DNA from: an uncultured Gammaproteobacteria bacterium
GTDB lineage: Bacteria; Pseudomonadota; Gammaproteobacteria; Xanthomonadales; Rhodanobacteraceae
Length of the DNA stretch: 64,000 bases
Assembly: GCA_963758365.1 (NCBI GenBank)
Contig: CAVWVB010000001.1
Coordinates: 248,428 to 312,427, forward strand
Direction: 5' to 3'
Shown: positions 9,029 to 17,836 of the stretch, one piece after another
How the letters are laid out: each line of letters opens with the position of its first letter
Position numbering within the stretch: the first letter of the stretch is position 1
Translations under genes and position numbers: made by a program
Notes under the pieces: generated by a model
Database searches by the model: none
What the model was told of the DNA's origin: nothing
What the model saw: only the letters and a program-made list of their open reading frames with translations

Positions 9029-11608
9029 ATGGTCAAGACGAGCGGGTGGTGGTCACCGCCGCGCGAAACGGCACTGCTGGCCGCGCCGTTCGTGCTGGTC
9101 GCGGCGTGGCTGGGCCTGACGGTGGCGGCGTTTGGCATCGGCGCGGCCCTGCAGGGCGTGGCGTCGGGACTGTGTCTGGCGCTTGCGCTGCCGCTCGCGA
9201 GCCGATGCCTGCGCTGGCCCGGTGCGCTGGTCGGCGTCGTTGTCTATGTGTTCGCGCTGCTGCTGCTGGCCGCCGACGCGGTTTCCTGGCTATTGCAGGG
9301 CAGCTCCTTCAACGAGCGCTTCTTTGCGCACGTCGACGTGCGCAACCTCGCCACCAGTCTGACCGCGTATCCGTGGGCGAGCGGCCTAACGCTGGTCGCG
9401 CTGGTCGGACTCGTCGCAGCAGCCGGCCTGGTGCTCGCACGCGCAACGCGCCGGCGCCTGCCGCTGCGGATGATCGCGCCTGCGTTGCTGCTGCTCGCGC
9501 TCGCGTTGCTCGTCGATGCGCCTCCGCATCGTCTGCTCGCGTACGCGGCGGCGGCCGGACGCGACCAGGCCCTGGCCGCTTCGGGCGCCGGTCGCCGCAT
9601 TCGCGCCATGCTCGATCCGCGGCCAAGCCGCCCGGACCAGGTGCAGGCCAGCCCGGGGCGCAATCTCGTGTTCGTCTATCTCGAATCCGTCGAGCGCAGC
9701 TACACCGACGCGACGCGCTTCCCGGGCCTGACCCCGAATATCGACCGGCTGCGCGCGCAGGGACTCGATTTCTCGGGGTTCCGGACTTTCGCGGGCGCCA
9801 CCTACACGATCGCCGGCATGTTCGCCTCGCAATGCGGCGCGCCGTTCCTGCTCAACAGCGTGTTCGGCGAGAACGTCGGCGAACTCGGCTTCGTCCCCGG
9901 CAACGACAACACCACGGCCGCCAGCTTCCATCCGCAACTGGCCTGCCTCGGCGACGTGCTGCATGCGGCAGGCTACCGGCAGACGTTTCTCAGCGGCGTG
10001 TCGCTCGCGTTCACCAACAAGGGCGAGTTCCTGCGCCTGCATGGCTACGACGAGGCGCTCGGCGATAGGGAGATCGACCAGCGTCACGGCAACGCGCTGA
10101 TCAAACTCGGCTGGGGCCTGCTCGATCGCGACGTGTTCGCCGAGGCGTTCGCCACCTTCCGGCGCAAGCAGGCTCAGGGGCGGCCGTTCAGCGTGGTGCT
10201 GTCCACCGCGGACACCCATCCGCCCGGGGGCTACCGGCTGCCGGGTTGCGCGCCGTACACGGCGATCCGCAACGACATGCTCGATGCGGTGCACTGCACC
10301 GACCAGTTGCTCGGCCATTTCATCGACCGTCTGTCGCGCGAACCGGGCTGGAACGACACCGTCGTCGTCGTCATGAGCGATCACCTGGCCATGCGCAATG
10401 TCGCCTCGCCGCTGTATCCGCCCGACGCCGAGCGCCAGCCGCTGCTGTTCGTGCTCAACGCGGGCCGCGGCGAGCGCCCCGTGCGCCTGCTGCACATGGA
10501 CGTTGCACCGACCGTGCTGGCCCTGCTCGGCGTTCATTCCAACGCGCGTTTCCTCGCCGGCGACGACCGCAGCGCGCCGGCCGCAGCGGACGCGCGGCTG
10601 CCGGACAACGCGGTCGCGCAGGCGGTGCTCCGAAAGGCAACGTGGCGCGGCCGCGAAGCGCCCGTCCCCTGCGCGCACGACACGCTGGTCCGCTGGGCCG
10701 ACGGCGGTCTCGACCTCGGCGGCTGGAGGCTGCCGCTGATGCTCGGCGGTTGGCCGGTCGGCAAACTCGATGACAACCAGGTGCTGCTGGTATTTGCCGA
10801 TCGGCGCAGCGCCGATTTGCAGATTCTCGTCGCCGGCAACCAGGACCGCTGGCTCGAGATCGCACGCAAGCAGGGCAGAAGCGTGTTTCTCGCCGCGCCG
10901 TTCACCGATCGCGCCGGACGTCGCATGATCGCGCTCGACTGGCTTGCGGCAAGCGGCGCATGGGCCAGCCTCGGCGCCGTCGCGGACTTGCACGCGCTCG
11001 ATCTGCACTCGTTCGAATGCGACACCCTGCTGCGTTCGCTCGAGCGCGCTGGCCCCGACACGCGGCTGGACTTCAGCGCGGCATTCGGTACCACGCCGGT
11101 GCCCGCCGCGCGCGAACGTCATCCGGCCGTCGTCAGCACGGCCAAGGTGCCGGTCGACGCGCTGCCCGAGCGCAATGCGATGTTCATGTTCGCGCGCATC
11201 GCGGCGCAACGGATCGGCTTCGGGCCGTTCCGCATCACGCGCAAGAACCGTATCTTCATGCATCCGGTCAACGATCACGCCGCATGGGCGGATTTCGACG
11301 TGTCCGGCATCGCCGACATCACGCTCGCGCCGGGAATCAATCCGCTGCTCGGTTCCTGCCTCACGCGTAATGACACCGGCATCGTCGGGGTCCGGCTGTC
11401 GCTCGATGGCCACGCATTGCTGCCGCGCTTCGTGGTCGACCGGAACTATGCCAAGCGCGTGCCGGTGCATGTCGCGGGTGCGACGCGGCTGCGCGTCGAG
11501 GTCGACGATGGCAATGGCACGGTCGACTGCGACTGGTTCTCGCTCGGCTTTCCGCGTATCGCGGCGGTTGCGCCGGCAGCGGCACCGGCGGCAGCGGGTG
11601 CCCGCTAG
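9029..11608 (+). CDS. membrane-anchored sulfatase/LTA-synthase (alkaline-phosphatase superfamily) transferase with C-terminal extra domain
   Basis: Start MVKTSGWW inside ORF 8795..11608. About 5 TM helices, then NLVFVYLESVE, ATYTIAGMFASQCG, VVLSTADTHPP, VVVVMSDHLAM (OpgB/LtaS-like motifs). About 330 further residues end in VDDGNGTVDCDWFSLGFPRI (lectin/NPCBM-like feel). Confidence 0.8.
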   Translation: MVKTSGWWSPPRETALLAAPFVLVAAWLGLTVAAFGIGAALQGVASGLCLALALPLASRCLRWPGALVGVVVYVFALLLLAADAVSWLLQGSSFNERFFAHVDVRNLATSLTAYPWASGLTLVALVGLVAAAGLVLARATRRRLPLRMIAPALLLLALALLVDAPPHRLLAYAAAAGRDQALAASGAGRRIRAMLDPRPSRPDQVQASPGRNLVFVYLESVERSYTDATRFPGLTPNIDRLRAQGLDFSGFRTFAGATYTIAGMFASQCGAPFLLNSVFGENVGELGFVPGNDNTTAASFHPQLACLGDVLHAAGYRQTFLSGVSLAFTNKGEFLRLHGYDEALGDREIDQRHGNALIKLGWGLLDRDVFAEAFATFRRKQAQGRPFSVVLSTADTHPPGGYRLPGCAPYTAIRNDMLDAVHCTDQLLGHFIDRLSREPGWNDTVVVVMSDHLAMRNVASPLYPPDAERQPLLFVLNAGRGERPVRLLHMDVAPTVLALLGVHSNARFLAGDDRSAPAAADARLPDNAVAQAVLRKATWRGREAPVPCAHDTLVRWADGGLDLGGWRLPLMLGGWPVGKLDDNQVLLVFADRRSADLQILVAGNQDRWLEIARKQGRSVFLAAPFTDRAGRRMIALDWLAASGAWASLGAVADLHALDLHSFECDTLLRSLERAGPDTRLDFSAAFGTTPVPAARERHPAVVSTAKVPVDALPERNAMFMFARIAAQRIGFGPFRITRKNRIFMHPVNDHAAWADFDVSGIADITLAPGINPLLGSCLTRNDTGIVGVRLSLDGHALLPRFVVDRNYAKRVPVHVAGATRLRVEVDDGNGTVDCDWFSLGFPRIAAVAPAAAPAAAGAR

Positions 11609-11735
11609 GAAAGTTTCCTGCGCATCCCCGAGTCGAACATCCAAGGGCGAATGCGCTGGAAGCGATCGATGCGGGAAGCCGCTCGCACGCAACGTGCAAC
11701 CGCAGCCGCTCGCGACATCCTGCTAGAGTAAGCCG

Positions 11736-12764
11736 ATGCAAGCACCGCTTCGCGCCGCGCGCGCCATTCTTCCGGTCGTCGCCCTCTGCCTGCTCGGTAT
11801 CGGCAGCTCCGGTGTTTGCGCAAGCCAGGGCGATCCGGAAAGCGCGCTCGCGAGCGCCGAGCGCAGCTTCGCCAGCGAGGTCGCGCGCGAGGGCGGGCCT
11901 GCGCAGGCAGACGTGCTGGCGACGCTGGCCGGCGCCAAGGTGCAGCACTCGATCCTCGAGGCGATCGCGCGCCCGGCCGAAGCCACGCGGAGCTGGGCCG
12001 ACTACCGGCCGATCTTCCTGACCGACCGGCGCATCGACGACGGCATCGCGTTCTATCGCGCGAACCGCGAGCTGCTCGACCGGGTCGGCCGCGAGTACGG
12101 TGTGCCACCGGCGATCGTCACTGCGATCATCGGTGTCGAAACCAGCTACGGGCGGATCACCGGCAGCTACCGCGTGCTCGATGCGCTGGCCACGCTTGCA
12201 TTCCACTATCCGCCGCGCGCCGAATTCTTTCGCGGCGAACTCAAGCAGCTGTTCCTGCTCGGCGATCATCATCTGGCCTATCCGATCGACGCGCTGCGCG
12301 GATCCTACGCAGGCGCGATGGGCTGGGGACAGTTCATGCCGAGCAGCATCGCCAACTGGGCCAAGGACGAGGATGGCGACGGCCGCATCGACCTGTGGAA
12401 TTCGCTGCCGGACATCACCGCGAGCGTCGCGAACTATTTCGTCGAGCATGGCTGGCAGACCGGCCAGCCCGTCGCGATGCGCGCGCAGCCGGCCGCGGAT
12501 GCGCGTGTGCTGCCCGCGCCGGGTCTCGATCCGGTATATCCGGTCGAACAGATGGAGGCCTGGGGTTACGCGCCGCTCGAGCGTGTCGCCGCGGACATGC
12601 CGTCGACCCTGCTCACGCTCGACGGGTCGAACGGGCCCGAGTTCTGGCTCGTGTTCGCGAACTTCCGCGCGATCACGCGCTACAACAAGAGTCCGATGTA
12701 CGCGATGGCGGTCTCACAGCTCGCCGATGCGATCGCGACAGGCGTCGCGAACCGCGCGCCGTGA
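11736..12764 (+). CDS. mltB: lytic murein transglycosylase B
   Basis: IIGVETSYGRITG (catalytic Glu motif), AGAMGWGQFMPSS, DGDGRIDLW: canonical MltB/Slt35 motifs. Signal peptide present. Confidence 0.9.
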   Translation: MQAPLRAARAILPVVALCLLGIGSSGVCASQGDPESALASAERSFASEVAREGGPAQADVLATLAGAKVQHSILEAIARPAEATRSWADYRPIFLTDRRIDDGIAFYRANRELLDRVGREYGVPPAIVTAIIGVETSYGRITGSYRVLDALATLAFHYPPRAEFFRGELKQLFLLGDHHLAYPIDALRGSYAGAMGWGQFMPSSIANWAKDEDGDGRIDLWNSLPDITASVANYFVEHGWQTGQPVAMRAQPAADARVLPAPGLDPVYPVEQMEAWGYAPLERVAADMPSTLLTLDGSNGPEFWLVFANFRAITRYNKSPMYAMAVSQLADAIATGVANRAP

Positions 12765-13705
12765 GTCGCTATCGCCGGCTCGCGGGCCTGCTCGCGTGCG
12801 CAACCCTGCTCGCCGGCTGCGCGGGCCACACACGCCGCCCGGGCGCGTCGCCGGGCGCTGCCGGGCCGGACCGTGCGGCTGCCGTGCGCGGCGCCGATGA
12901 CACCTCGCGCGCGCAGTCCGAGCGCTACCGCCAGGACCGGGACGACGGTCCGGCCGCACCGCCGGTCGACATCGCGAAACTGGCCGAGCCGGTGCCCAGG
13001 GCCGAACCGCTTTCGCGCTACGGCAACAAGCCGACCTACAGCGTGCTCGGTCGCAGCTACCACGTGCTGCCGAGCGCCCGCGGCTATGTCGAGCGCGGTC
13101 TTGCGTCGTGGTACGGCAACAAGTTCCACGGCTACATGACCTCGTCGTTCGAGCCCTACGACATGTACGCGTTCACTGCCGCGCACAAGACGCTGCCCCT
13201 GCCGAGCTATGCGCGCGTGACCAATCTCGACAACGGCAAGAGCGTGATCGTGCGCATCAACGACCGCGGACCGTTCCACGAGAACCGCATCATCGACCTG
13301 TCCTATGCGGCTGCGGTCCGCATCGGCATCTGGCCCAAGGGCACGGGCGTGGTCGAGGTGCGTGCGCTCGATCCGGATCACTCCGCTGCGCAGGCCGCGG
13401 CGCCGCGGCGCGCGATCGACGCCTCGGCGAACGGCTCGCCCGCTGCCACGCCAGCGATCGCGCAGGATGCCCGCATCTATCTGCAGATCGGCGCGTTCGG
13501 CGAGCGCGCGAACGCGGAGCGTGCGCTCGCGAGCGCGAAGCGCGCGGGAATCGATGCGGTCGGCATCGAATCGGTCGCGATCGCGGGCCGCACCGTGCAC
13601 CGCGTGCGCGTCGGCCCGCTCGTCGACGCGGCCGCCGCCGACGCGATGACCGCGCGGATCGAGCGGCTCGGACTCGGCGCCCCGCGCGTGACGATCGAGC
13701 GCTGA
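12761..13705 (+). CDS. rlpA: septal ring lytic transglycosylase RlpA (DPBB + SPOR domains)
   Basis: GTG 12761 overlaps the mltB stop. Lipobox LLAGC. ASWYGNKFHGYMTSSFEPYDMYAFTAAHKTLPLPSYARVTNLDNGKSVIVRINDRGPF is the RlpA DPBB core. C-terminal IYLQIGAFGERANAERA...HRVRVGP is a SPOR domain. Confidence 0.87.
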   Translation: MSRYRRLAGLLACATLLAGCAGHTRRPGASPGAAGPDRAAAVRGADDTSRAQSERYRQDRDDGPAAPPVDIAKLAEPVPRAEPLSRYGNKPTYSVLGRSYHVLPSARGYVERGLASWYGNKFHGYMTSSFEPYDMYAFTAAHKTLPLPSYARVTNLDNGKSVIVRINDRGPFHENRIIDLSYAAAVRIGIWPKGTGVVEVRALDPDHSAAQAAAPRRAIDASANGSPAATPAIAQDARIYLQIGAFGERANAERALASAKRAGIDAVGIESVAIAGRTVHRVRVGPLVDAAAADAMTARIERLGLGAPRVTIER

Positions 13706-13839
13706 TCGCCGGCGCGAAACCCATGATCGCGCTGAACGATCGGCATACCGCGGTCCCGCGATCGCGTCGGGCGGGGTGTCTTGACGCGCCGTGTCTGCGA
13801 CAATTCCGCACTTCGCCGCATTGCAGGTGCCGTTCCGAA

Positions 13840-15138
13840 ATGAAGTTGCCGTATCTGATCGTTACCGCCGCGCTCGCGTTCGCGGGCGCCGCCCACGCCG
13901 CACCCCAGGCCGCGTCTTCGCTGACCACCGCCACCGACTCGCCTGCCGCGAAGCCCGCGTTGCCGACGCCGCAGGCCGTTCCCGCGCCGGGCGCCGCGCC
14001 CGGCGCGGGACCGATGCCGCCGCCGCCGTCGATCGACGCCAAGTCCTGGGTGCTCATGGACTATGCGAGCGGCCAGATCCTCGCCCAGGAAAACATGGAT
14101 GCGCGCGTCGCGCCGGCCTCGATCACCAAGGTCATGACCTCGTACGTGGTCTCCGCGGAACTGGCCCACGGCAAGATCCACATGGACGATCCGGTCCTGG
14201 TCAGCGAACGCGCCTGGCGCTCCGGGGGGGCAGGTACCGACGGCTCGACCAGCTTTCTCCAGCTCAACAGCAAGGTGCCGCTCAAGGATCTCCTCTACGG
14301 GATGATCATCCAGTCCGGCAACGACGCGGCGATAGCGCTGGCCGAGCACACGGCCGGCTCCGAAGACACGTTCGCGCAACTGATGAACCAGTACGCGGCC
14401 AGGCTCGGCATGACCGGCACGCACTATGTGGACGCAAGCGGGCTGCCCAATCCCGAGCACTACACCACCGCGCGCGATGTCGCGGTGTTGTCGCGCGCAC
14501 TGATCCACGACTATCCGTCGGAGTACACGATCTACGCGATCAAGGACTTCGAATGGAACGGCATCAAGCAGCACAACCGCAACACGCTGCTGTGGCGCGA
14601 CGACACCGTCGATGGCATCAAGACCGGGCATACCTCGGAAGCGGGCTACTGCCTCGTGACCTCGGCACGGCGCGGCGACCAGCGCCTGATCGCGGTCGTG
14701 ATGGGCGCCCCGAGCGAGAAGCAGCGCGCGGACGACAACCAGGAACTGCTCAACTACGGATTCCGCTTCTACGAGACGCGCAAGCTGTACGCGGCCAATG
14801 CGCCGCTCGCGAACCCCGAGCTGTGGAGGGGTGCGATTGCGACCTTGCCGCTCGGTGTCGCCGAAGACGTGCTGGTCACGTTTCCGCGCGGCCGCTACGC
14901 GGACCTAAAGGCCAGCGTCGACATGCCCGCGCGACTGGTCGCGCCGATCGCCAAGGGCAAAGCGGTGGGCAGCCTGAAGGTGCGCCTCGAGGACAAGGTT
15001 TTGCTGGAGCGGCCGCTGATCGCGCTGGCCGAAGGCGACGAAGGTGGTTTCTTCAAGCGCGTCAGCGACGACGTCTGGATGTGGTTCAAGGGCGGCGCGG
15101 GCACGAACGTCTCGGCCGATGCGCCCAAGGGCGAGTAG
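13840..15138 (+). CDS. dacA: D-alanyl-D-alanine carboxypeptidase (PBP5/6 class)
   Basis: Start MKLPYLIVTAALAFAGAAHA inside ORF 13108..15138. SITK (PASITKVMTSY), SGND (IQSGNDAA), KTGHT motifs. Confidence 0.9.
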   Translation: MKLPYLIVTAALAFAGAAHAAPQAASSLTTATDSPAAKPALPTPQAVPAPGAAPGAGPMPPPPSIDAKSWVLMDYASGQILAQENMDARVAPASITKVMTSYVVSAELAHGKIHMDDPVLVSERAWRSGGAGTDGSTSFLQLNSKVPLKDLLYGMIIQSGNDAAIALAEHTAGSEDTFAQLMNQYAARLGMTGTHYVDASGLPNPEHYTTARDVAVLSRALIHDYPSEYTIYAIKDFEWNGIKQHNRNTLLWRDDTVDGIKTGHTSEAGYCLVTSARRGDQRLIAVVMGAPSEKQRADDNQELLNYGFRFYETRKLYAANAPLANPELWRGAIATLPLGVAEDVLVTFPRGRYADLKASVDMPARLVAPIAKGKAVGSLKVRLEDKVLLERPLIALAEGDEGGFFKRVSDDVWMWFKGGAGTNVSADAPKGE

Positions 15139-15289
15139 CGCGCGGAGATGCGCTGAAAAGGGCTCTTTCCGCGCCTTCCGCCGACGCGATGCACGGACAC
15201 AACCTGTGCGCGTCGATCGCAGGCCGGCGGTCGGCGCCATCCGGGTGCGTTGCGGGCGACGGCGCGATGACTGATCGAAGGAGTGAGCG

Positions 15290-15580
15290 ATGAAGGATCT
15301 GGACGATATCCATGCGCAGAATCCCGAACAGGGATTCCAGTTTCCGGGCGCGTTCGAGATCACCGCGATGGGCAGTGCCGCGGCCGGACTCGAGGAGAAG
15401 GTCGCGCGCATCCTCGGTGATCTCGGCCTGCACGTGCTCGCGGGTTCGCTGCGCGTGCGCCCGTCGCGTGAGGGCAACTACGTGTCGGTGTCGGCGAGTT
15501 TCACCTGTCCCTCGCGCGAGAAATACGACGAAGCCCATGCCGCGCTGCGTGCCGATCCGGCGATCCGCTGGACGCTGTGA
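15290..15580 (+). CDS. ybeD: DUF493 family protein YbeD
   Basis: 96 aa with FPGAFEITAMG...YVSVSASF pattern. Sits in the canonical dacA-ybeD-lipB position. Confidence 0.85.
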   Translation: MKDLDDIHAQNPEQGFQFPGAFEITAMGSAAAGLEEKVARILGDLGLHVLAGSLRVRPSREGNYVSVSASFTCPSREKYDEAHAALRADPAIRWTL

Positions 15581-15662
15581 TCGCGCTGCAGGCAATCCGG
15601 AATCGGACCGGCGCGGTTGCCGGTGCGCCATCCGCGTCGCGCGCCGTTTGACTGGCGCGGTC

Positions 15663-15693
15663 GTCAGGTCGGCTCCGCCGACCTGACCTACGG
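15663..15693. repeat. palindromic REP-like element (GTCAGGTCGGC-N-GCCGACCTGAC-CTAC)
   Basis: cgtcaggtcggctccgccgacctgacctacgg. Same palindrome as at 58908 and as the unit of the 58988-59309 array. Confidence 0.6.
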
Positions 15694-15748
15694 AGTCCGC
15701 GTCGCCGCCGCATTCTTGCAAATGACGCGACCGTCGCGCCGTCGTGGG

Positions 15749-15925
15749 TCAGGCCGCCTTGGCCTGACACACGCGATGCGGTTGCGGGCGCGTCACAGGT
15801 GCGGGCACGGCCTCGGCATCGGCGTGCTTGCCGGGTGCCGCGAGCGGTGCCGAACTCGCCCCGACCGGTGCGGCGCCGAGCGCGGTGACGAGCAGGATCG
15901 ACAACCCCGATGTGCGAACGTCCAT
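15749..15925 (-). CDS. hypothetical small secreted protein (uncertain)
   Basis: MDVRTSGLSILLVTALGAAPVGASSAPLAAPG... looks like a signal peptide. No family recognised. The 3' end overlaps a GTCAGGCC..GGCCTGAC hairpin. Confidence 0.25.
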   Translation of the reverse strand: MDVRTSGLSILLVTALGAAPVGASSAPLAAPGKHADAEAVPAPVTRPQPHRVCQAKAA

Positions 15926-16041
15926 GACTTTCCCCTTGCATGGCCTCGACAAGGCAGACAGTCTAGCAGCGGAAAAATGACATCCGCGGGCGCATTTCAT
16001 GGTGCAATCGTGCTTGTGAAGGCCCGCGCGATACCCACTTC

Positions 16042-16806
16042 ATGCAACATCGTCGCTACAGCAGCGACACGCACTGGAGCAGCGAGAACTTGGTCCCCGG
16101 ATCAGCCATTCCAAGTCCCGAATCACGGCCACTCGCCGTGCGTCGACTCGGCCGCCAGCCCTACGAACCGGTCTGGCGCGCGATGCAGGCGTTTACCGAC
16201 GCGCGCGGCGCGGACACCTGCGACGAACTGTGGGTGCTCGAACACGATCCGGTGTTCACGCTCGGCCAGGCCGGCAAGTGGGAACACGTGCTGCTGCCCG
16301 GCGACATCCCGGTGGTGGCGGTCGATCGTGGCGGCCAGGTCACCTATCACGGACCCGGCCAGATCGTGGCCTATCCGCTCTTCGACCTGCGGCGCCTCAA
16401 GATCGGCGTGCGCGAACTGGTCAACCGCATCGAGCAGGCCCTGATCGACACGCTCGCGAACTGGAACATCGGTGCCGTGCGTCGCGACGGTGCGCCCGGG
16501 GTGTACGTGGCCGATGCCAAGGTCGCCGCGCTCGGACTGCGCGTGCGCCGCGGCTGCTCGTTCCACGGTCTCGCGTTCAATGTCGCGATGGATCTCGAGC
16601 CGTTCCACCGCATCAATCCTTGCGGTTATCAGGGACTTGCAGTGACCCAGGTGCTAGACTTGGGCGGACCGGGATCGCTGGCTGCGGTCGAGACGGTCCT
16701 GATCGGCGAACTCGCCCGTCAGTTCGGGCTCACCGCACGGATCGCCGACCCGCAACTCCCACTGGCCGCCACCAGCGACGCCGCGCGTGTCGCGCAATCC
16801 GCATGA
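16042..16806 (+). CDS. lipB: octanoyltransferase LipB
   Basis: [19 protein letters not shown]...[18 protein letters not shown]...[12 protein letters not shown]...KVAALG motifs. True start may be GTG 16138 (just before VRRLG) rather than ATG 16042. Confidence 0.9.
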   Translation: MQHRRYSSDTHWSSENLVPGSAIPSPESRPLAVRRLGRQPYEPVWRAMQAFTDARGADTCDELWVLEHDPVFTLGQAGKWEHVLLPGDIPVVAVDRGGQVTYHGPGQIVAYPLFDLRRLKIGVRELVNRIEQALIDTLANWNIGAVRRDGAPGVYVADAKVAALGLRVRRGCSFHGLAFNVAMDLEPFHRINPCGYQGLAVTQVLDLGGPGSLAAVETVLIGELARQFGLTARIADPQLPLAATSDAARVAQSA

Positions 16807-17786
16807 CCGACTCCAGGACGATCCCGCTCGCGATCATCGAAACCGGCGACAGGCAGCTCGGCGAAGACAAGATCGCGCGCAATCGCGCGGGATTCGCCGC
16901 AGCGCCGGTGCTGCGCAAACCGTCGTGGATTCGCGTGCGAATTCCGCCCGGCAACGCGGTCGCGAAGCTCAAGGCGAGACTGCGCGAGAACCGCCTGGTC
17001 ACGGTCTGCGAGGAAGCATCGTGTCCGAACATCCACGAATGTTTCGGCAAGGGCACCGCGACCTTCATGATCCTCGGCGAGGTGTGCACGCGACGCTGTT
17101 CGTTCTGCGATGTCGCGCACGGCCGTCCGCAGGCGCCCGATCCGCTCGAGCCCGCGCACCTCGCGCAGACCATTCGCGACATGGGCCTCAGGTACGTCGT
17201 GATCACTTCGGTCGACCGCGATGATCTGCGCGACGGCGGCGCCGCGCATTTCGCGGCCTGCATCGAGGCAGTGCGATTCGAGAACCCCGGCATCCGCATC
17301 GAGATCCTGACCCCGGACTTCCGCGGCAAGGGCCGCATGGAACGCGCGCTGGAAGTATTCGCGGCCGCACCCCCCGACGTGTTCAACCATAATCTGGAAA
17401 CGCCGCGCGCGCTGTATCGCGAGGTGCGCCCGGGCGCCGATTACGACTGGTCGCTGGATTTGCTCGCGCGTTTCAAGGCCGCGCATCCCGACGTGCCGAC
17501 CAAATCCGGCATCATGCTCGGTCTCGGCGAGACGTTGGAGCAGGTCGCCGAAACGTTGAACGATTTGCGTGCGCATGCGGTCGATATGGTGACGGTCGGA
17601 CAGTATCTGCAGCCGACCGCGCATCATCACCCGGTGATGCGTTACTGGACGCCCGAGGAATTCAAGGCCGTCGAGGAACTCGGCTACCGGATCGGATTCC
17701 AGCATGTCGCGTCCGGTCCGCTGGTGCGCTCGTCCTATCACGCCGATGCCATGGCGCACGCTGCAGGCTACGTACAGGTTGCCTGA
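16803..17786 (+). CDS. lipA: lipoyl synthase
   Basis: ATG 16803 overlaps the lipB stop. [12 protein letters not shown] and radical-SAM [10 protein letters not shown] clusters, SGIMLGLGE motif. Confidence 0.95.
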   Translation: MTDSRTIPLAIIETGDRQLGEDKIARNRAGFAAAPVLRKPSWIRVRIPPGNAVAKLKARLRENRLVTVCEEASCPNIHECFGKGTATFMILGEVCTRRCSFCDVAHGRPQAPDPLEPAHLAQTIRDMGLRYVVITSVDRDDLRDGGAAHFAACIEAVRFENPGIRIEILTPDFRGKGRMERALEVFAAAPPDVFNHNLETPRALYREVRPGADYDWSLDLLARFKAAHPDVPTKSGIMLGLGETLEQVAETLNDLRAHAVDMVTVGQYLQPTAHHHPVMRYWTPEEFKAVEELGYRIGFQHVASGPLVRSSYHADAMAHAAGYVQVA

Positions 17787-17836
17787 GTTAGACAGGAATC
17801 GAACCTGTCGCCCCCAACGATTTTGCGGAGACCGTA

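Noticed and set aside
17789-17807. tRNA-like T-arm (minus strand GACAGGTTCGATTCCTGTC) right after lipA; possible tRNA gene or att-site relic
   Set aside because: No complementary 5' acceptor strand, D arm or anticodon arm could be folded from the adjacent 60-70 nt, which include the prc start. It is more simply a lipA terminator-type hairpin.
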